64,000 nucleotides of DNA from Planctomycetota bacterium (GTDB taxonomy: Bacteria; Planctomycetota; UBA1135; UBA2386), in the NCBI GenBank assembly GCA_965228735.1, contig OZ245838.1:6720001-6784000 (forward strand), given 5' to 3'. The first letter of the stretch is position 1, and every line of letters starts with the position of its first letter. Below the pieces are notes generated by a model. The model was given only the letters and a program-made list of their open reading frames with translations. It was not told the origin of the DNA and made no database searches. This document shows, piece after piece, positions 58,795 to 64,000 of the stretch. Both the position numbers and the translations under genes were made by a program.

Positions 58795-61650
58795 TCAGCG
58801 GTTGTAGAGGAACATGTTGAAGAGCTCCTGGCCCTTGCTGCCGAGGCTCTTGAGCGTCGCGAAGTCGTCGGTCGCGCGCGCCTTGCGGTAGAACTTCTGC
58901 GCGGTCTCCTCGTACTTGCTGTCCTTCTTCGCCGCCTGCTTGGCGAACCAGTAGCACTCCCAGTGGAAACGGTACCACTCGTAGCTGTACGGCTGGACCG
59001 CGGGGCGGAGCGCCCACTTGCGGTACTCGGTGTAGTACTTGAGGTAGGCCTCTTCGGCGCGGTCCAGTCCCGGCTCGCGGACACCCTGCCCGGTCGCGTT
59101 GAACTCGAACCAGCCGCCGAGGCAGCGCGAGATCTGGCGCTTGATCTCCCACTGCTCGGGGTTGGCCTCCTCGGCCTTCTCGAGCATCTCGAGCGCGACC
59201 GTGAACTTGCGCTGCTGCAGCAACGCCTCGCCGATCATCGGCCGGACCGTGAGGTCGACGACCTTCTGCGCGGCCGGGTCGGTGTCCTCGCCGTAGAGGT
59301 CGAGCGTCTTGCGCGCGATCTCGCCGACGCGCTGCCACTCACCGAGGGCCTCGAACGCGTTCATCGTGTTGACGAGCACGGCGATCTGCGGCTTGGGTGA
59401 GCTGTTGATGTAGTCGAGGCCGAGCGCGCTGAGCTTCTGCCGCACCTGCTCGAGCTGCTGGCGCGCGGCTTTCTGCGCGGTCTCGTCGTCCTTGCTGATC
59501 GCGGCCGTGAGCTCGTCGTCGAGCGACTTCTCCTGGTTGCGGTACTCGAGGAAGATCTCGGTCGCGAGGCGCGCGGCGCGCGTCTGGTCCTTCTGCTTGA
59601 GCGTCGCGTACATCTCCTCGGCGCGGTCGAGCTCGCCGATGTCGCAGAACAGGCGGCCGAGGTAGGCCGTCGCGATCGGGACGTTGGGGTTGCTCGGGTT
59701 GTTGGTCGAGAACGCCTTGAGCTTGGCGATCGCGTCCTGGTACTTGGTCGCGTCCTTCTCGATGTTGAGCTCCTCGTTGCCGCGCGCCTGGAAGTAGGCG
59801 AGCTGGGCCTCGAGCAGTTCGCCGCTCGCGAGCGCCGCTTCGCGGACCTGCTGCAGGCCAGCGTCGCGCGCGTCGATCTCGTTCTGCTTCGTGTACTCCC
59901 GGTACTCCTCGAGCGTCTTGATCGCCTGGTCGACGTTGCCGCCGAACGCCTCGGCCATCGCAACGCGCACCCGCGCGGTCTCGTACTGCGTGAAGTCCGG
60001 CGGCACCTGGCGGTACTGCTCGGCCGCGCGCTTGTAGTTCTTCTCCGTGAAGGCCGCGTTGCCCTCCTTGTAGAAGATCTTGCCCGCGCCGGCGATCGAG
60101 TAGGTCTTGATCAGGTTGGCGTACTGGTCGAAGACCGGATCGAGCAGCGGGTCGTTGTTGGTCTGGCGCTTGAGGCGGGTGATCGCGCGGTCGAGGCGGT
60201 CGGCAGCGTCGCCGGCCTGGTCCTCGTCGGTCGCGCCGAACTTCTCGAGTCCGGTGCCGAGCGCGATGATGGCCTCGAGGTTGCGCTCGCCGATCGCGAA
60301 CGCGGTGCCGAGCATGTCCCAGGCCTCGAGTCCGACCTCCTGCTCCTCCTGCGCGCTCATCACGGACAGCGCGCGACGCAGGCCCTGGATCGCGGCCTCG
60401 TAGTTGTCGTTCTGGAACTCGCCCTTGGCGATCTCGAACAGCATCTTGCCCGAGACCAGGCTCTGCTGGGCCTCGAGCATGTCGCGCATGGCCGACTTGG
60501 CCTTGATGCCGACGTAGTCGTTGGGGTGCTTGTTGTTGATGCGCTGCACCATCGCGATCGCCTCGGCGATCTTGCCCTGCTCGCCGGACTCGGCCTTGTA
60601 GCGCGCCTCCTCGAGCAGCATGAGGTGGCCCCAGCGCGGCGACACGACCTCGAACACCTCGAGGCCCTCCTGGCCGAACTTGGTCGCGAACTCGCGGAAC
60701 GACGCGAACAGCGCCGGGGTGTCCGGGCTGCCCTGCTCCGACAGCACCTCGGCGGTCTTGTAGAACACCTCCTGCGCCATCTCGTAGAGCAGCGCCTGGG
60801 TCTCGCCCGGCATGCCGGTGTCCGGCGCGTCCTTGAGGCTGGTCTGGATCTGATCGATCGTCGCCTGGTAGATGTCGATCGCGCCGTCGACGTCGCCGTT
60901 GACCTGGAAGCACTGCGCGATCTCGAACAGGCCGCGCAGACCGAGCGCGGTCTCCTCACCGTAGTCGAGGACCATCTCCTCGAGCTCGCCCACGGAGCGC
61001 TCGACGAGCACGTCGCGGTCCTGCTTGACCGCGCGCGCCTGCTCGCGCATGAGCACGCCCTTGCGCATCCAGAACAGGCCATACTCGATGTTCGTCCGCT
61101 CGTCCTTGCGGCGCTGCCCTTCGAGCTCCTCCATGACCTTGCTGCAGGCTTCGATGCCGGCGCGGAACGTGTCCGACGCCTCGCTCTCGAGCTGGCCCAC
61201 GGCCTCGGGGTTCTCCTCGCGCGCGATCTCGAGCTCCTGCAGCAGGAACTGACCGAACTCCTGCGAGGCGTCCGCGAGCGTGCCGCGCGCCTGCAGCAGG
61301 ACCTTGTCGTCGTTGCTGCGGCCGATCAGCTCCTTGGACTTCTCGATCGCTTCCTTGAACAGCGTGCGCTGGACCTCGCGGTCGGCGCGCAGCTTGGCGC
61401 CCTGGTAGCTGATCTGGACGCTGAGTTGGGCGATGCGGTCCTGTTCACCCGCGGCGCGATGCTCCGTCGCGAGGCGGTCGGCCTCGGACTTCGCGAGTTC
61501 GATGAAGCTCATCTTCTCCGCGAGCGCGCGGACGAAGTCGAGCTCGCGATCGAGCGAGTCCTGGGCCAGGAGGAGGGAGGACGAAACGCCGGTCAACGCC
61601 GGGCCGAGAAACGCCGTGAGAATGGCGAGTCGAATGCCGGTCACAAGCAA
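58795..61650 (-). CDS. Large exported TPR/alpha-solenoid protein
   Basis: Signal ending LLA-Q; many TPR-like units (LFEIAQCF..GDVDGAIDIYQ, FYKEGNAAF..NYKRAAEQY). Confidence 0.82.
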   Translation of the reverse strand: MLVTGIRLAILTAFLGPALTGVSSSLLLAQDSLDRELDFVRALAEKMSFIELAKSEADRLATEHRAAGEQDRIAQLSVQISYQGAKLRADREVQRTLFKEAIEKSKELIGRSNDDKVLLQARGTLADASQEFGQFLLQELEIAREENPEAVGQLESEASDTFRAGIEACSKVMEELEGQRRKDERTNIEYGLFWMRKGVLMREQARAVKQDRDVLVERSVGELEEMVLDYGEETALGLRGLFEIAQCFQVNGDVDGAIDIYQATIDQIQTSLKDAPDTGMPGETQALLYEMAQEVFYKTAEVLSEQGSPDTPALFASFREFATKFGQEGLEVFEVVSPRWGHLMLLEEARYKAESGEQGKIAEAIAMVQRINNKHPNDYVGIKAKSAMRDMLEAQQSLVSGKMLFEIAKGEFQNDNYEAAIQGLRRALSVMSAQEEQEVGLEAWDMLGTAFAIGERNLEAIIALGTGLEKFGATDEDQAGDAADRLDRAITRLKRQTNNDPLLDPVFDQYANLIKTYSIAGAGKIFYKEGNAAFTEKNYKRAAEQYRQVPPDFTQYETARVRVAMAEAFGGNVDQAIKTLEEYREYTKQNEIDARDAGLQQVREAALASGELLEAQLAYFQARGNEELNIEKDATKYQDAIAKLKAFSTNNPSNPNVPIATAYLGRLFCDIGELDRAEEMYATLKQKDQTRAARLATEIFLEYRNQEKSLDDELTAAISKDDETAQKAARQQLEQVRQKLSALGLDYINSSPKPQIAVLVNTMNAFEALGEWQRVGEIARKTLDLYGEDTDPAAQKVVDLTVRPMIGEALLQQRKFTVALEMLEKAEEANPEQWEIKRQISRCLGGWFEFNATGQGVREPGLDRAEEAYLKYYTEYRKWALRPAVQPYSYEWYRFHWECYWFAKQAAKKDSKYEETAQKFYRKARATDDFATLKSLGSKGQELFNMFLYNR

Positions 61651-61864
61651 CTCCGGATCGGGGACTGAAAGTCGTCGCGCGCAGTCGTTACCCGGAATGA
61701 GGTAACGAGTTACGGCTATACGAGGGCGGGTCTCGGAGGGGCCGCCAAGAGGCCCGCCGGGGAGGGAGAACGAAGGACTATAGCGACTCGTTCACTCGTT
61801 CCAACGATTAACGACCCCACCGGACGACCCGTCCTTGCCCGATCCGGGCTTCGGCCGCCAATGC

Positions 61865-61898
61865 AAAACGGCCGGCCCCGCGTCGCGGGGCCGGCCGT
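61865..61898 (-). terminator. Intrinsic terminator after secretin-like paralog B
   Basis: Inverted repeat ACGGCCGGCCCCGCG/CGCGGGGCCGGCCGT ending in TTTT on the minus strand. Confidence 0.75.
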
Positions 61899-61950
61899 CG
61901 GAATTGGCCGTCTCGGGATCGGCCGTCTCGGTTGCCGATGGGGGCGGCGC

Positions 61951-64000
61951 TCAGCGCGCGCTCGTCATCAGCACTTCGCCGCTCGGCGTCGTGACCGCGC
62001 GCGGCTCGTGCTCTTCCATGAGGATGATCTTGGCGCGGATCAGGATCAGGATCTTGCGGTTCTGGACCGACGTGCCCTGACGGCTGAAGAGCCAGCTCAG
62101 GCCCGGCAGGCTGCCGAGCAGCGGCACCGTCGAGCGCAGGTTCTGCTTCTCGCTGAGGCGCATGCCGCCGAGCATCATCGTGCCGCCATCGGGCATCGTG
62201 ACCGTCGTGCGGACGCGCTGCAGTGTGACTTCGGGCAGCTGGATCGAGATCGGCTGGCCGACGCCGAGCGTCGTCGTGAACGTCGGGATCGGCAGCTGCA
62301 GCGACATGACCGTCGGGCGCAGCTCCATCGTGATGAAGCGCAGGTCGCTGTCGACCACGGGGCGGACGTCGAGGGCGACGCCGTCGTGGACCGTGCCGAT
62401 GACCGGGTTGGCCACCGCGGCCGCCTGCGCGATTTCGACCTCGAAGTCGCGGATGTAGCTGATGTTCCGCAGGTGGTGCATCGAGGCGCGCGAGTTGTTG
62501 TAGATCAGCAGGCGCGGGGCCTCGATCTGCTCGCTGCGCTCCTGCTTCGCCACGGCGCGCAGCACGATCTCGACCTCGGTGTCGTCGAGGAACGCGTACT
62601 GGAGCGCGAGGCCGCCGGAGTTCTCGAGGCCGCCGTTGCGGCCGCCGAGCGTGCTGTCGTAGAGGCCCTCGGTGCGGGCCATGAGGTCACCGTCGAGGCC
62701 GTCGTCGAGGAAGACGCCCGGCTCGGTGCCGGTGCCGACGAGGCCCGGGGTCGCGGCGTTCTGCTGCTGGCGCGGGCCGAACTCGTCGAAGCCGGCGTTC
62801 GTGCGGATGCCGTTCTTCTCGAGGCCGCGGCCGGCGAGACCTTCGGACGACTGGTTGCCCAGGCCGCGCAGGTCGATGCCGAGGTCCTCGAGGAACTGGT
62901 CCTCGACCTTGAGGAAGCGCGACTCGACGTCGACCTGGATGCCGACGTGGCGGCGCAGCTCGTTGAGCAGGCGGTCGATCTCCATGTGCGCCTCACGATC
63001 GGCGCGGATGTAGAGGATGCCGCTCAGCAGGTTCATCGTGAACGGGTTGCTGTCCCACTTCTCGGGCGCGACCGTCGCGGTCAGCAGCTCCATGAGACGG
63101 CCTTCGTCGACGACCGATGGCATCGGGTCTTCGTCGACCTCGGGGAACAGCGGCAGGTCGTCGCCCGGCACCGGCAGGCGCAGGTCGGGACCCGGGTTGC
63201 TGCGCACGCCCTGGATCAGGTCGGAGACCATGTAGGGCTGCAGGTAGAGCAGGCCGATCGCGTTCTCCGGGCTGACGAGGTGGACCATGCCGTCGCGCAC
63301 GCGGTAGGCGACGCCGGTCTGCGACTGGATCGCGCGCATGGCGTCCGACACCGAACGGTTCGGCAGGCGGAAGTCCTCGAGCGTCGTCTGCTCGGCGGGC
63401 ATGTCGCGGACTTCCTGCGTCACGAAGAACGTCACGCCCGTCAGGCCGGCGTAGTAGCTCGCCCAGTCGTCGACCGTCGCGCTCGAGAAGTTGTGCTCGA
63501 GGCGGGTCTCGTTGAGGATGCGCGCGATCTCGCGGTTCTCCGGCGTGTCGAGCGCGGCCGGCGGGGTGTAGCTCGCGGCGGTCCGCTGCGACACGTTCGC
63601 CCAACGCGTCGGATCGAACACGACCGAGTCGACCTGCGGCAGGTTGCTGTGCTGCAGCTCGAGGAACGTCTTGTTCCACTCGGTGCGCCAGCGCTCGCGC
63701 GCGGTCTCCATCGCCGTCGCGTGGCGCGCGCGGTCCGCGAGGTCACGCAGCGACATCGCCGTCGGGTTCGTCGGGTCGCGCAGCAGCGCTTCGTCGACGT
63801 AGTTGAGCGAGCGCTCGTACTGACCCGACTGGAACGCCAGGTTGGCCTCGTCGAGGATGCGCTGGACCGCGAGCTCCTTGGCCGCGCGGGCCTCGGTCTC
63901 CTGCTTGCGCAGCTCGGCGGCCGACTGCTCTTCGCGGCGCTTGATCTCGTTGACCTGCGCCTCCTGCTGGGCGTCCTGCGCGCGCGCGAGCAGCATCTCG
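61951..64000 (-). CDS. Secretin-like protein (paralog B), 5' end outside window
   Basis: QVDVESRFL, YIRDFEVEIAQ, DGVALDVRPVV, MPDGGTMMLGG, VPLLGSLPGLSWLF. Confidence 0.85.
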   Translation of the reverse strand, partial: EMLLARAQDAQQEAQVNEIKRREEQSAAELRKQETEARAAKELAVQRILDEANLAFQSGQYERSLNYVDEALLRDPTNPTAMSLRDLADRARHATAMETARERWRTEWNKTFLELQHSNLPQVDSVVFDPTRWANVSQRTAASYTPPAALDTPENREIARILNETRLEHNFSSATVDDWASYYAGLTGVTFFVTQEVRDMPAEQTTLEDFRLPNRSVSDAMRAIQSQTGVAYRVRDGMVHLVSPENAIGLLYLQPYMVSDLIQGVRSNPGPDLRLPVPGDDLPLFPEVDEDPMPSVVDEGRLMELLTATVAPEKWDSNPFTMNLLSGILYIRADREAHMEIDRLLNELRRHVGIQVDVESRFLKVEDQFLEDLGIDLRGLGNQSSEGLAGRGLEKNGIRTNAGFDEFGPRQQQNAATPGLVGTGTEPGVFLDDGLDGDLMARTEGLYDSTLGGRNGGLENSGGLALQYAFLDDTEVEIVLRAVAKQERSEQIEAPRLLIYNNSRASMHHLRNISYIRDFEVEIAQAAAVANPVIGTVHDGVALDVRPVVDSDLRFITMELRPTVMSLQLPIPTFTTTLGVGQPISIQLPEVTLQRVRTTVTMPDGGTMMLGGMRLSEKQNLRSTVPLLGSLPGLSWLFSRQGTSVQNRKILILIRAKIILMEEHEPRAVTTPSGEVLMTSAR

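Overview
A GC-rich bacterial chromosomal window, probably from the Planctomycetota (inferred from gene content: atypical secretins, exported prenyltransferase-repeat and ELWxxDGT proteins, large Ser/Thr kinase). Housekeeping genes: tatC, cinA, rpsB-tsf-pyrH-frr, tRNA-Lys(UUU), apaG, araB, hutH, hutU. Other blocks: a kinase/lipoprotein/PP2C/PilC/histidine-kinase signalling run, a diguanylate cyclase and a glycosylation cluster. Notable elements: (1) a complete group II intron (21574-23565) that splits one arm of a 33-bp intergenic inverted repeat, with both EBS-IBS pairings visible; (2) a family of REP/REPIN-like palindromes; (3) an operon of BY-kinase-like P-loop protein, coiled-coil protein and MamK-like actin with no magnetosome genes nearby; (4) a minus-strand cluster of two paralogous secretin-like genes bracketing two exported TPR proteins and ExbB-ExbD-ExbD, a candidate proton-motive-force-powered envelope machine; (5) five secreted proteins sharing an unnamed ~100-140 aa domain that may be a sorting or anchoring signal; (6) a truncated haemoglobin-ankyrin fusion. 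No CRISPR array, rRNA, integrase or transposase was seen. All calls come from reading motifs by eye; no database searches were run.
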